Assembly (NCBI GenBank): GCA_002269645.1
Contig: NIVC01001112.1
Coordinates: forward strand, 1 to 64,000
DNA: 64,000 nt
Reading direction: 5' to 3'
Source: Macrostomum lignano
Taxonomy: Eukaryota
Numbering within the stretch: the first letter of the stretch is position 1; each line of letters starts with the position of its first letter. The notes beneath the pieces were generated by a model. The model made no database searches. It saw only the letters and a list, made by a program, of their open reading frames with translations, and was not told the origin of the DNA. Made by a program: the position numbers and the translations under genes. Below are positions 63,210 to 64,000 of the stretch, one piece after another.

Positions 63210-64000
63210 CTGTATTGCGGCGAGAAAAAATCCAGTTAAATAGTGTCAATTTTCTAAGCTTGCCTACTTTTAGTAGGTTATTCGAATATTTTAGATAAAA
63301 TTTAAGCTTTTTTATGATTTTATTCAAACTAACGTGCTCTCATAATTAGTTCCCTTTTTTCGTATGCATTGTCACGCAAAAAATCGAATTTAGAAAGAAT
63401 GGAATGATCGATTATTGTGTTTCAGTGTCATTCTCTAATACTGAATACAGATACTGTCATTATGCGGTCGGGCAGGTACAGAATTACTGAAATCCTCATA
63501 TACTGGGGGTAGACACGAGAGTCTGAGTCACCACCTATGAAAGTCAGGCCATGTATCCTAGCCACAGAAAGCAGCGAGCAGGGAGCTTGCATTCATCTGG
63601 CAGGTAGGGATTATATGAAGAGGTTACGTCATAAAAGATTGTGGTCTGTGAACAGACCGTTCGGTATTGAAGCTACACGCATAGGAAAATTCATACTTGC
63701 AGCCTTGTATAGCGAAAACAGCACGGAACCAACTTCACCTGTCTAAACAAAAGAGAAAAGGCAAAGCATGCCGCTCAGTGCAATCAGGGACACGATTCTT
63801 TCAAGTATTTTTTTAGTTTTGCCGACAGGGGTATAAAATTCGGTGCTTACAACTACACACGATCCAAAAACTCTCTTTTACGCTTCTTACTTAGAAATAT
63901 TGATTTTTTTCTGACCATGTTTGAAAGCAGAAAAATTTGAAGCATAAAAACTCATGGCGCTTAATTTTCAACTTGCATGTGCATGCTAAGTGTAAGGGAA

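Overview
Eukaryotic (metazoan) genomic DNA with GT-AG introns. The style (a minisatellite or microsatellite in almost every intron, many small TIR elements, long-read-type indels) resembles a free-living flatworm such as Macrostomum; this is inference and unconfirmed. Eight genes can be reconstructed by hand. Minus strand: NT5C2 (5 exons, with an in-frame TAG and 3 indels), an AEN/ISG20L2-like exonuclease (4 exons), ERCC1 (2 exons), FBXL16 (3 coding exons), LYRM2 (3 exons, absent from the ORF track), a peflin-like penta-EF-hand gene (probable ATG-only first exon), and the 3' end of an unidentified Pro/Ser-rich protein. Plus strand: a secreted WSC + PAN/Apple-like protein. An ~10.7 kb block (about 21.5-32.2 kb) is repeated at about 32.9-43.6 kb across a 659-N gap, with the signature of a false, contig-overlap duplication. 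At least 9 TIR elements with 8-bp TSDs, several nested, plus a decayed Gypsy gag and SINE-like pieces occupy introns and intergenic space. No prokaryote-type system, CRISPR array, rRNA or functional tRNA is supported.
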